DNA from: the human T2T-CHM13v2.0 reference genome, Homo sapiens
DNA: 64,000 nt
Direction: 5' to 3' (one strand)
Assembly (NCBI RefSeq): GCF_009914755.1
Contig: NC_060929.1
Part shown: positions 27,497-41,965 of the stretch, piece by piece
Position numbering within the stretch: the first letter of the stretch is position 1
How the letters are laid out: each line of letters begins with the position of its first letter
Notes under the pieces: model-generated
What the model was told of the DNA's origin: nothing
Databases searched by the model: none
Seen by the model: only the letters and a program-made list of their open reading frames with translations
Position numbers and translations under genes: made by a program

Positions 27497-27794
27497 GGCC
27501 CAGACTATCACTGGAAGTATTCATGAGAAACTCTCAGCAGAGGCTGCCTGTCCAAAGAAGAACTAGGGGGCCAGGGTAGGAAGGGGGACTTCCATTACAC
27601 TATACACCATTTTTGTATCATTTCGGTATTTTATCATGCACATGTCTTATCTGTTCAAATAATGTACCTTAAGTTCATGTTTCCCAGCACAATAAAGGAA
27701 GGTTTTGTTGTTCCCTGAGATGCAAAATAGTTTTGTGGTTAGGAGCAGGGTCTTATCATCTGGCTCAGCCACACTGTGATCTTCTGTAAGGTAC

Positions 27795-28314
27795 TGTGGT
27801 AGTTTGAAAATATGTCCAAACTCTTTGATACATTTCCCTTCAAAAGATACAGCCTGTGTCCTCTGCCCTTGAATGTGAGCTATTCTTAGTGGCTTCCTTC
27901 TAATGAATAGAATATGGCAGAAATGTTGTATGACAGTCGAGATATCATAAAAGGACATACAAGACACTGTGGCTTCCTCCTTGGTCCCTCTCTTGGATCA
28001 TCCACTCTGGGGGCAGCCAGCTGCCATGTTGTGAGGATGCTCAAGCAGCCCTAGGGAGAGGCCTACGTGGTGAGAAACTGAGGCCTCCTGCCAACAGCCA
28101 TTGAGTGAGCCATACTGGAAGTGGATCCTCCAGCTTTTAGTTAACTGTAACTCTGGCCAATTTCTTGACTACAACCTTTTGAGAGATCCCAAGCCAGAAC
28201 CACCCAGCTAACAGTTTCTAAATTGCTGACCCACAGAAAATGTGAGACAATAAAAGTAGTTTAAGCCACAAGGTTTTGGAATAATTTTTAACATTGCAAT
28301 GGATAACGAATACA
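27795..28314 (+). mobile_element. MLT1F-like solo LTR splitting a MIR
   Basis: TGTGGTAG start, GAGAGGCC.ACGTGG..AG.AACTGAGGCCTCCTGCCAACAGCC core, AATACA end. MIR halves lie on both sides. Confidence 0.85.
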
Positions 28315-29519
28315 GCAAGTTAGTCTTTGTAAGCTTCAGCTCCTTCATGTGTACAATGGAACTGATGCTAGTGTCGATGCCATAGGGCTATTAGATTTAA
28401 CTGAGACAGTACAGATAAAGCCTGCAAATGGTGCCTAGCACATGGTAGCCACTCAGCAGATACTAGCTATTGTCATTCATGCCCATCTGAACTTCTGGTC
28501 AGTGGTTTCCTCCCTGTCAGATGGGCTTCATCCAAGGCAGTGCGCAGAGCTAAATTCCTGGCCAGAGGAGTCACACACCTGTCACCATCCTGTGACTGAT
28601 GGCCTGAGTTTTGTCCTTTTCTCTATGCACCAGAGGAAAGAGATTGCCTTCGTTTTCAAGCTATTCTGAGCTGTGTGGTCACACCTGGAGAAATCCCTGC
28701 AAGTTGTACAAATAGGCCTCCCTGAAGCTGGGAAGAGGAGAAAACTCACTCTCTTTCCTCTCACTGCTCCTGTAATCGTCCCACCATCAAATAAGCCCAC
28801 TTTGTCCTCCTGAGTTTTCCCAACAGGATTTTAAAATCACGGCTTAGAGAATCAGGCTGGATTTTAATGACTATTTTAACTGTCAGGGCATTAGAAAGTC
28901 TTAGCCCTCCTTCTTATAGCTGGGATTTGTAATGGCTTAAGTTTAAATGATCTCCATAAGGAATTTATTTTCGGTTTAATGGTCTACCCAAGGTCTGACT
29001 TTCCAAGTGATTTTCTTGCCAGATACAGAAACAGTGTCAAAAATTTGATATGAGTCAGGATTTGACTGAGCTGAAAGATGCCGATATGTTGGTGACATGC
29101 CTTGAAAAAAACAGCAGGGAGGAAAGTGATTGTTTTTGGGGCAGCCTGTGTAAGGCATACTTGCACACTAACAGAATGGAAGTCTTGGTACTAGGAACTA
29201 CAAACATGGTGCAGAACTGGGCTCAAGGCCTGACATTCTGCCAGGGGAGCACAGCACAGAACCAGAGCTGAACCCCAGAGCCAAACCCCAGAGCCAGCAA
29301 CACAGCCTCAAGGGCTTCTCTGGGACCCTGATCCTCCAAATGGTTTTATTGGGTGATGGTGGCAGAGGGTGAGTGTTGAGGGGTTTAAGATATTCTCCTT
29401 TCATCAGAAAGATAGGCTCAGAAACTACAGCAGACTCTCGCCTACAAGTGTTGGTAGCACCCTAGACCCCACTGAGCTGAGCTAGGGAAGTTAGAGGCAA
29501 GAAAATGAAGGAGGGAGTT

Positions 29520-29960
29520 TATTAGTTAAGATGATTTTGTTTGCAAGTGGCAGAAACCCAACTTATAATAGTTTAAACAAAAAAGTAAATGCATTAGACA
29601 GAAATGAAAAGTTTAGGGCAGGGCACTGCCTTCAGGCCTGGCTTGATTGGACATTATTTATTCAGTTATTGGCCTCGATTCCTTTTGCGTTGTTCTCTTG
29701 GTCAGGCAGGTTGTCCCCATGTGGTGATAAAACCTGGAACTAACATTGGCTCCATGTTTCCATCCTACCAACCCAGCAGCCCCAGGGAAAGAAAGGACCC
29801 TTTTCCTAATGCTCCAACTGAAGTCATCAATTTGACCCTCATTCTTCTGGGGTGGATCTCGTGTTGATTCTTGAACTGTCACTGGTCTGGATCATGGTAG
29901 GAGGGCTGCCCTACCAGAACCTCCTGTCCTGAGAGGGACAGAGGGGTGGCTTCCTGAAGG
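29520..29960 (-). mobile_element. Old ERVL/MaLR LTR (LTR33/MLT1-like)
   Basis: TTGCAAGTGGCAGAAACCCAACT..AATAGTTTAAACAAAAA motif. Confidence 0.55.
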
Positions 29961-30023
29961 AGAATGGCTGCGGTGCTGCAGCACACGCCTCCTCCAGTTT
30001 GCAGACTGCTGCTTCGGAGAATA

Positions 30024-31282
30024 TAGTAGCTCCTGTATCCGCGGCTTCGCTCTGTGGTTTCAGTTACCCATGGTTAGCTGCGGTCTGAAAATATTAAATG
30101 GAAAATTCCAGAAATAAACGGTTCATAAGCTTTAAATTGCATGCCATTCTGAGGAGCGTGATGAAATCTGAAGCTGTCTGCCCCATCCCGCTGGGGATGA
30201 GACTCCTCCCTTTGTCTGGCGCATCCACATTGGTATTCACTGGATTTGCTGCCTGCCCGTTAGTCACTTAGTAGCCATCTTGTGACCAGGTGGACTATAT
30301 CACAGTGCTTGGGTTCAAATAACCCTTATTTCACTTCATAATGGCTCCAAAGTGCAAGAGTAGTGATGCCTGTGTATTACGTTTGTTCTGTTTTATTGTC
30401 AGTTATTGTTGTCAATTGCTTACTGTGCCTAACTTGTAAATTAAACTTTTTTGAAATTTACTTTATATTATTTATTTATTTTTTGTTTTTTAATTTTATT
30501 ATACTTTAAGTTCTAGGGTACATGTGCACAACATGCAGGTTTGTTACATTGGTATACATGTGCCATGTTGGTTTGCTGCACCCATTAGCTCATCATTTAC
30601 ATTAGGTATTTCTCCTGCCATTCCTCCCCCAGCCCCCCACCCCACAACAGACCCCAGTGTGTGATGTTCCCTGCCCTGTATCCAAGTGTTCTCATTGTTC
30701 AATTCCCACCTATGAGTGAGAACAGGCAGCGTTTGGTTTTCTGTCCTTGTGATAGTTGACTGAGAATGATGGTTTCCAGCTTTATCCATGTCCCTGCAAA
30801 GGACATGAGCTCATCCTTTTTTATGGCTGCATAGTATTCCATGATGTATATGTGCCACATTTTCTTAATCCAGTCTATCACTGATGTACATTTGGGTTGG
30901 TTCCAAGTCTTTGCTATTGTGAATAGTGCCGCAATAAACATATGTATGCATGTGTCTTTATAGTAGCATGATTTATAATCCTTTGGGTATATACCCAGTA
31001 ATGGGATTGCTGGGTCAAATGGTAATTCTACTTCTAGATCCTTGAGGAATTGCCACACTGTCTTCCACAATGGTTGAACTAATTTACACTCCCACCAACA
31101 GTGTAAAAGTGTTCCTATTTCTCCACATCCTCTCCAGCATCTGTTGTTTCCTATAAATCAAACTTTATCATAGGAGTGCATGTGTAGGAAAAAACATAGC
31201 TTATGTAGGGTTCGGTAGTATCTGTGGACCCCACTGGGGGTCTTGGAATATATCCCCTGTGGATTACGGGGGGAAGCTACTG
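30024..31282 (+). mobile_element. MER44/Tigger7 element interrupted by L1PA
   Basis: Ends TAGTAGCTCC..TATCCGCGG and GTGGATTACGGGGGGAAGCTACTG flanked by TA. Internal AAATGGAAAATTCCAGAAATAAAC. Confidence 0.85.
30450..31151 (-). mobile_element. 5'-truncated L1PA
   Basis: TTATACTTTAAGTTCTAGGGTACATGTGCACAAC. ORF 30699-31070 is the ORF2 C-terminus. TSD TGTAAATTAAACTTT/TATAAATCAAACTTT. Confidence 0.93.
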
Positions 31283-31478
31283 TACAGAAACCTAGCTTTG
31301 CTTATGGTGACTGGCACAGATATGCATGCAGTGATAGTGCAGTTTGACTGCTGAGGGGAAAAGAAAGGGTGTTTTTGAATTTGGAAACCAAATCTCCTAG
31401 TTGGCAAATGATGGAATATTTTTTGCCTTTTTCCCCAGTATCTCCTCACTGTCCAGACTTGTGTTTCTTTCCCTATAA

Positions 31479-31622
31479 TTTTTTTTTTTTTTTTTTTTTT
31501 TTTACAGAGATGAGGCATCACTATGTTGCCCAGGCTGGTCTCAAACTCCTGGCTTCAAGTGATCCTCCCAACTTAGCCTTCCAAAGTGTTGGCATTACAG
31601 GAATGAGCCTCCGCACCTGGAC
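31479..31622 (-). mobile_element. Free left Alu monomer (FLAM)
   Basis: Single arm with poly(T). TSD AGACTTGTGTTTCTTTC at 31455 and 31624. Confidence 0.88.
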
Positions 31623-32225
31623 AAGACTTGTGTTTCTTTCAGGTTACCTTTCTAGAGCTTTCCTCTGATTAACAAAATTCTCCTCTGAACCCCGTGTGAT
31701 GCTGGGCTTATGACTTTCCCTTTATGGGCCTCAGTTTCTTCTGGGGAAAAAAATGGATATACTAATTACCTTGTAGGGCTTTCTTAAAAGGCCAAAAGAA
31801 AAGGAATCAATATAAACTAAAGATACTTAAAATACTTACTGTGTGCCAGGTACTGGGCGAAGTGGCAGTCTCATGGGGTGAGAATTATTACCACTTATTT
31901 ACTTAACAGAGAGGTTAAGTAATTTGCCTGGATCACACAGTCACTGAGGGACAGAGTGGGGATTTGGACTCATGTTGTCTCCTGGTAGGGCTGGAGCTTC
32001 TAGATACTACTCCCTCGCTCCTGCTTATCAGCAGAGGATTAAACGATGCACACACATAAAATTAGTATGCAGGGCTGTTAGCATCTATAGACCCTCCCCC
32101 ACCAGGGATGTGCCAGCTTAGACGGGAAAGGAACAAATTCTTTATTTTCACTAACCTCTCACTGAAATTTGGGCATTTTGGGCATTTTTAAAATATTATG
32201 AATGTAGGGTACAAACCAGTAAGTT

Positions 32226-32532
<307 letters not shown>

Positions 32533-32822
32533 AAACCAGTAACTTTGATAACTGTGATACCCATATCACATTACATTTGCAGATATTTTATATCACTTAT
32601 GCTCATTACTACTTTAAATTACGTTAGATATTAAATCACGGTATTTTGATCTTGTTTTTGACTGTCTGCTGTTCTGATAGATCCTTTCTCATATTACTTA
32701 TTTTAATTGACAAATAAAAATTGTATATATGTATGACATATGACAAAGTTTTGAAATACATATGCACTGTGGAATGGCTAAATCAAACCGATCTTGTTAT
32801 TTAATGTAGAATAAAGAAAGCA

Positions 32823-33118
32823 GGCTGGGCACAGTGGTTCACACCTGCAACTCCAGCACTTTGGGAGACTGAGGCAGGCAGAACACTTGAGGCCAGGAGT
32901 TCAAGACGAGCCTGGCCAACATGGCGAAACACCATCACCGCTAAAAATACAAGTTAGCTGAGCATGGTGATGTGCACTTGTACTCCCAGATACTCAGGAG
33001 GTTGAGGCAGGAGAATCATTTGAACCTGGGAGGCAGAGGTTGCAGTGAGCCTAGATCACGCCGCTGCACTCCAGCCTGGGCAACAGAGCGAGACTCTGTC
33101 TCAACAACAACAACAAAA
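32823..33118 (+). mobile_element. Alu with (CAA)n tail
   Basis: Forward dimeric Alu consensus. Confidence 0.95.
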
Positions 33119-34045
33119 CGCACATATACAAGTTTCTTGTAAATTTTTTAAAAATTAAAAGATTTTTTTATCTCTAATTTTAAACGAATTCTGTAAATAC
33201 ATCTCAAAGGACAAATGTGCTTCTCTGCGTAGCTTCAAAAGTTGCCTGTTTTCATTTCATTCTAGAACTAAAAATGTTCTTCTAAAACTAAAATGAACCA
33301 CTGGTGATCTTGCAGTTTCTAATACTGTAAGGTCCACAATAGGATAGGTGTCAGCTGAGTTTATTGCATATTGTAAAATATATTCTTAAAATTGTATTTT
33401 CGTTTTCTAAATTTCCTTTGTCATTTGCTGTATTTTATTTTACGCATTGAAAAGCATAGGTCTACGCCCTGGGGTCTCTGGCACAAAAGGGAAGAACCTA
33501 GGAGAAGGGGGAGGAAGGGAGGCAAGGCTGGACAGGGCAGGTTTAGCCCCTAGTTGTTCCTACTGAGGGTGGTGCTGGAGAGGGCAGGAGCCCCACACAA
33601 AGGCGAGGCTGGGTGAGAACCCATGGGCTGTGCCCTCCACCATGCAGAGTGACACGCCCAGAGCCGGGCTGTGAATTTCCAGTTGCCAGGAAGCTGCTGG
33701 CCATGACAGGAGGTGAAAGAACTGAGGGCCTCTGACGTCACAGCTTCAGTGACACAGATCTCCCTAGTGGCCTCAAGCCTGTGGCTGGGCCGAGGTCCTG
33801 ATGTGGGATCACCGTTGGTGTTCACCCCTGGACACCCACCCAAGGGCTCAGGAATCAGACAGGCGTGGGGCTCACCGTGGGCTCCTCCAGGTGCAGACCG
33901 TGGCCACCCTTTCTGTCTCAGAGTCTTGGATTCCCCATCTGAAGAGTGGGCACTGAATCTCTGCCTCCCAGGGCTGGTAGATGATTGGATCAAATAAGGA
34001 ATCTGAAAGTTCTTCATGAACTGTAAAGTTTTATCTGAATGGTAG

Positions 34046-34367
<322 letters not shown>

Positions 34368-34883
34368 CATATCCTTATCCCTGTCTTCAGAGGGAGGAGA
34401 AAGAGACGTTTTCATTAAGGCCATCATTCCCTCACCTGGGGAGGTTCAAGAAGAGGGAGGGGCAAATGGGGTCAACAGTTGCCCATGGCTGTCAATGTGC
34501 CCCTGGCTACACTGGCCACAGGGAGGGGCAGTTTAGATTCCTGTGCCTTCTTTACTAGGAAGACCACAGATGCCTTGTTCATGCCTAGAAGGAATCTTTT
34601 CAAAAAAGCTATGCGCCTATGTATTTACGTAAATACCTATGTATGTACGCATATATCCCTTTAAAGCCCTCTATTTTTGGAAGGAAATTGGGTTTCTGGG
34701 ACATAGCTATAGTTATTCAGTTGTCTGATACAAAGTACAAAAGATAGGGAACACAGATGAGATGAACAGGCAGAATGTGTGACACTTCTTTTGAATTTAC
34801 ATTTAGATCCTAGCGGGGCTTCCTTGGACTAATGAAGTGTAGACAGTGAACTTGCTAAGTATGACTTGAGAAAGTAAAAGCTG

Positions 34884-35072
34884 CATGCAAGCGTGCACAC
34901 ACACATGCACACACACCCCACACACGCATACACACACACGCACACACGCATACACACACGCACACACACGCACACGCACACGACCACACGCAGCACACAC
35001 ACACATACACACACACACTCACGCACCCACGCACACACACACATGCGCGCACACGCGTGCGTGTGCACACAC
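34884..35072. repeat. Degenerate (CA/CG)n tract
   Basis: About 190 bp of mostly alternating purine-pyrimidine. Confidence 0.92.
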
Positions 35073-35749
35073 TTCAATTTCTTACTGAATGGGATATGAG
35101 TCTCTGCTCATTTACAGTCTTTTTCTGGTTCCATAAACTTGTCCAAAGTGATATTCCTGTCCCATCCTCCTTCCCTATCTGAGCCCCTTCCCTCTCTCTC
35201 GTCTTTCTTTTTTTCTGGAGTGATTGATCCCTTGACTTAGGCTCAAATCCCAGCAGTGCCACATACAGGATGTTCTTGGGCAGGCCACTTAGCATCTCTG
35301 GGTCTTAGATTCCTCCCCTTAAGTGGGGATAGTAATAGCCCTCCTAGGGTAGCTGTGATGATTAGTTGGGATGGTTCAGAAAATGGGCTTGGTGCAGTCC
35401 TTGGCAAGGATTTAGAGCCCCATGATTGCCATCTATTCCCTGTGTGGGGCAAGGTGCAGTCGGCTGGGCACAGGGGCAGGAAAACTGAAGAGAGGCTAAG
35501 TTTTGTCATAAACTTTTGTACAAAGTGCTTCAGGGACACCAAAGTAGAAGCGACTAGATAAAACAGTAAAACATTGAAATTGTTCAGAGGCTGAGGGTCA
35601 GAGGGGATGACTTGCTCAAGACACTGGGGATGTGTGTCGTATCACTCCCTTTATATCAGCTCTGTTTCCTTGCAACTGTCTTGAACTCTCAGAGAATAGT
35701 AATAAATAACATTTATTTGCAGTAATTATTGTAAATGTATATTTGAGAG

Positions 35750-36106
<357 letters not shown>

Positions 36107-36964
36107 TAGTGCTCTTGCAGTACAGATGAGGAAACTCAAGTCACAGAAAGGGTAAGCCCCCAAGTCAGCATGAATCAGGGGCGAGTGGGCATTCTCTGTG
36201 GTCCCAGTCTCCAGAGCCCCCTGGTGTCCCCTACTCCGTACTATCTCCTTACACAGAAGGAGAATGACAGTTTATTTTCCCAGGCCATTCCTAAAACCAC
36301 AAAATAACTCCTTTCTACTTTCATTTTGGGTTTAAAAGAGATAATTTTCAACCTGGGGTACATCAAACCTGGGTTGGAGTCTTGACGTCACCACTCACTG
36401 ACATGTGGCCCTTGGAGAGACCCTTCAACTTTTTGAGCCTCACTTTCTCCGCTGTATATTAGATTGGTGTTTTTAATAAATCTGCAGTGGAACCCAACAT
36501 TGAGGACGTTGTGCTCCAAACTGACCTACCACAGTCACCTCGCACACCCTCCTGCAGCCTCTCCATCTTATTCCTGCCCACGCCCTGAGCCCTTCAGGGT
36601 TGAGTGCTTATTTTGGAGTTCCTCAGTGCTCTGTGGTCCTCTGTTTTCCTACTTATACAGCACAGGGACACTCAGGGCAAAGCCACGGGCCTGGGCCTTG
36701 GAGCAGCACCTTCTACAGATGTCAGAGTTTGGAGCTGGGCCTTTTAAAGGATACTCAGAATTTGAGAGTGGGAAAGACTCTGCTGGGACTTTATATCAGC
36801 CCAGCTGGTGTTTGTGAAAAATCTGTATCAGGCTTCCTAAAACACCAGTTAAAAAAGGGACAAAGAGGCCACAGACCCTGCCTTCAGGGCATCTCCAGTC
36901 TGAAGTGAAGGTGTAGAATTAAGTAGAATATTTCAACAAAATGCCATAAGTTCTTTTGGGAACC

Positions 36965-37285
36965 ATTCACCCACCCGCCCTCCCATCCATCTACCCACTC
37001 ACCCATCCATTCACCAATCCACCCTCCCATCTATCCACACACCCATCCCATCCATCTACCCACTCATCCACCCATTCACCCATCCACCCTCCCATCCATC
37101 CAACCACCCACCCATCCTTCCACCCATAAACCCTCTTATCCATCCACCCACCCATCCACCTATCCATCCAACCACCCACCTACCCACCTACCCATCCACC
37201 CATCCACTCTTCCATCCATCCACCCGTCCATACACCTTCCCATCCATACGCACACCCACCCACCCACCCACCCATTCATCCATCC
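36965..37285. repeat. (CCAT/CCAC)n degenerate tetranucleotide repeat
   Basis: Continuous CCAT/CCAC units at an L2 3' end. Confidence 0.9.
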
Positions 37286-37475
37286 CACAAACATTTGAGG
37301 GCCTCCTATCTGCCTATTACTGGAGACAAAATAGTGAGCAAAATGGATAAAGTTTATGATCTTTTGGCAGCTAATAGACAAATAATCAAAAAACCTATTT
37401 AACATGCCAGAAGATGTAAATGTTATGGAGAAAAATAAAGCATGATGGGGAGTAGAGAGGAATAGATAGGAGGAT

Positions 37476-37651
37476 TGTGTGTGGGTGTGTGCAGGAATGT
37501 GTGTGCACGTGTGTGGTGTGTTTTTGTGTAGTTGTAGATGTGTGTGTGTGTGAAGGTTGTGTGTGGGAGTGTGTATGTGTGCACGGGAGTACTGATATGC
37601 AGAAGTATGATGCGTGTGTGTGTGTGTGTGTGAGTGTGTATGTGTGTGTGT
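37476..37651. repeat. Degenerate (TG)n tract
   Basis: TG-rich tract inside an L2 remnant. Confidence 0.88.
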
Positions 37652-37709
37652 ACATGAGGCTTTCTTTTGAGAGGCAGATTTAGAAGAACACTCTGAAAAG
37701 GAGACATTT

Positions 37710-38354
<645 letters not shown>

Positions 38355-38533
38355 GGAAAGAAAGAAAGAGAGAGAGAGAAGGAAGGAGGGCAGGAAGGAA
38401 GGAAAGAAAGAAAGAGAAAGAAAGGAAGGAAGGAAGGAAGGAAGGAAGGAAATAAAGAGAAAAAGGAAGGAAGGAAGGAAGAAAGAGAGAGAAAGAAAGA
38501 AAAGGAAAGAAAAGAAAGAAAGAAAGGAGAGAG
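38355..38533. repeat. (GAAA/GGAA)n tract derived from the Alu tail
   Basis: Purine tract lying inside the outer TSD AAAAGGAGA(C/G)ATTTG (37696-37710 and 38534-38548). Confidence 0.9.
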
Positions 38534-39385
38534 AAAAGGAGAGATTTGACAAAAACCTAAAGAAATGAGGTAGCAGCCACTTGAATGCCTCGGAGGGAAG
38601 CATCCCAGGTGGAGGGAAGAGCAAGTTAGAAACCAGGATAAGGAGAAAGAGATTCTCATTTTTCCAGGACAAGTTGCAGCAGGAAAAGTTCACTTAAGTA
38701 GATGCTTTAAAATATGAAACTAGAATTTCATAGCAAATATAGTGAAATAAAAAGTGTGACTGGGGTTTTATCTTGAAAAATGAAATGAAAAAGTCACAGT
38801 GGATGTTTATTTTTATCTTATGTTCAACAGAATATACATTATAAATGCACTGGTGTGCAAAATCTTAACCTAACGAATGGTGTTGGGCTTTAGGATGCTA
38901 TGTATGCACCCTTCAGATCGCATCTGACTTCCACAGCACATCATGGAAAGGATCGGTTTTATAAAAATATTTGAGGGTTTTGCCTGTTTTCCTAAGCCTC
39001 ATTTTAAATGTTGCTATTTAAACTGACTGTCTTTGAGGTGCTATCATTTATAAAGATCTTTTCATCAATTGTAAACTCTTCTAACTCCACCATTTCCCCG
39101 CTTGTCAAAGCCTTGCTGAGTGATTGGAGCCAGCATGACTCTCTTGATTTCATACGATCCTGTATTTTTGCTAGATTGTACTACTGGGTGACAGCACAGG
39201 ACAGTCAGCAGAAATGACAAAAGCATGGACTCGCCTCCACACCGAAAGAACTGGGATAAGGGAAGCCATATCTGAGCATGACTCAGTTCGTTAAATGGCC
39301 AGTTCATTAGTGAATATTTCCATGTTACAATGGCCTATGCCTCCCTGTGCAAGCTCATACCAGGGGACTCAGTGAACTCAGCTGA

Positions 39386-39738
<353 letters not shown>

Positions 39739-41422
39739 CTAATCCCATAAGCATAAGGAGTTACCCCAATACCCCATTACTTAGCAAGTTCCTTACATAT
39801 ATTTTCTAACGAATTCCTCACCACCACTCTGTGAAATAGATGTTATTTTTGCCCTTCTACAGATTAAGAAACTGAAAGGCTAACAATTGATGTGCCAGCT
39901 CACTGTGGTGGTGTCAGACTTGAATCCTTACTCTGTAGCAAATCACCACTCCTGGAACACAGTGCTTTTGTGGTTTCCAGCAGTTTCCCACTTATCATCT
40001 TTTATACACTGGTTAACTACGGGCTTGCCCATCAGGAGTTCTGTGTTCTAGACCTGTTCTGTTGTTGGGTGATATAGGCAAACTTCTTCCTGTCTCTTGG
40101 CCCTATCTGTAAATGAGACAGCTCCTCTGGTTCTGTCTCAGGAACTGAGGTCACTTGTTGAGAAAGGGAATAGCTCTGCTATCCTATGAATAATATTACC
40201 AGGGATCAAATAGCTACTATGTATTGAGTACTTTCTCAGTGCCAGGCACTGTGCTTCATGCTTGGTGAGCACCATCTTATCCATCTTCAGATAACTCTGT
40301 GAGGCTAAGGAAAATGACAATGGGCAAGAACAGCTTTGGACAAGCCACACACTGGTGGGGATGGAGCTGGGGTCTGGCTGCCTGCCTTTCGCTGGGGATG
40401 CACAGGTCAACGCTTGCAGGAAGATCCCAGAAGCAGCAGAGAAGTGGAATTTTGGACATACAGCTCAGGTGTTTCCTGGGAACTCTAGAGTTACTCAAAA
40501 TTGTTTTTGGTGAATGATCAGCTTATTTTTGTTTTTGTTATTTCACTTAATTGATGGCGGACTAATGTGTCTATAAGACACAATAACAATGGATTTCTAG
40601 GATACAGTGGTTGCGAAGTGATCTCTAGGAAGTGCTTGGATGTTGCACAACATTGAGTGCAAACACTCCTTTCAATTTCTCCTTTGAATCTTCTTCAAGA
40701 AGAAAAAAGGAGGTCGGAAAGTTTGGAAGATTAGGCAGAAGAAGATAAGGGAGACAGGCTAGAGTTTTGGAGGAGAGCAGCAAAGCACAGCCTTAGAAAT
40801 ACAACTGCTGGGGTACGGAGGCAGGGAGAGGAGGGATATCTAGAGAAAAATTTAGATGTGGCTTTAGGCTCTGGGATGAAACCCTAAGGTGCTAGGGGAC
40901 TGATATGGGTTTCTTTTGAATGCTACTGTGTGTTGAAGGCCACGAAGGTGGGGAAAGGGGAAATGCAGCTTTTCATGGTCTCTACCATTCATTTCCTTCC
41001 CCATTTACAGGAGTAAGTTTCCAGGCTAGACTTTTCACAAGGCAGTTCATAATGGTATAGTTGTATTGATAGTGATCAAGTTAGTAATAATGGTAATAGA
41101 AATAATAATAATAATAATAAGAGCCATTAGCATTTATTGTATACCTTATACGAGCCAGGTGCTGCAGGAGGCAAGTTATGCACATTTATTACACAACAGT
41201 TGTATGGAGGTGGGTGTGAAATCCCCATCTTATGACTACTAAGAGTATAATTTATTTTTAACTGTCAGAGGAAGGAGGAGATGAACCCTAAATCAGGGAA
41301 GTAAAAGAGCTGTAAGAGCTAATGGACCAAGCTACCAAACTGGCAGAAATGGAAGTGACAACAGGGGTTGATGGGGGAAAAAGGACAGGCATTAGGAAAA
41401 CGTAGATAAATTATGAACTGGT

Positions 41423-41965
41423 TGTGGTAGTTTTGGTAGCTTCCAAGATGCCACCTGCCCGCAGGTGTCCTTGCCCTCTGCCATTCATGCCCTTTTGCAG
41501 CCTCTTCCTATCATGAAATCAGAGCTGATCTACACATGCATCCAACAGAATATGGTGGAAGAGATGGTGTGTGATTTATGAAACTAGATTGTGAAAGGCC
41601 TTGTAAATTCCACATTGATGGCTTGGATCACTTGCTCTGGAGGAAGTCAGCAGCCATGCTGTAAGTACACTCAAAGAGCTCTGAGGAGATGATGATGGTA
41701 TGGAGATGAATTGCAGCCTCTCACCAACAGCTGTGTTGTGACTGCTCTCTAGACTGTTCATATGGATCCCCCAGCCCCAACCAAGCCTTCAGATGGCAGC
41801 AGTCCTGGCCGACCTCTGTCAGCAACCTCATGAGAGAGCCACAACTGCCATGTGGAGCTACTCACAAATTCCTACCTATAGAAAACATGTGAGATAATAA
41901 AGGATTAATATTGTTTTAAGTCACTAAGTTTTGGAGTAATTGTTATGCAATCAATAATTAATATA
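41423..41965 (+). mobile_element. MLT1G/H-like solo LTR
   Basis: TGTGGTAG start, GGATCACTTGCTCTGGAGGAAG.CAG, TAAG.CACTAAGTTTTGG.GTAATTGTTATGCA end. Confidence 0.8.

Noticed and set aside
30544-31070. ORF resembling the L1 ORF2p C-terminus (also 24272-24478 and 61641-61952)
   Set aside because: Truncated L1 relics, not host genes.
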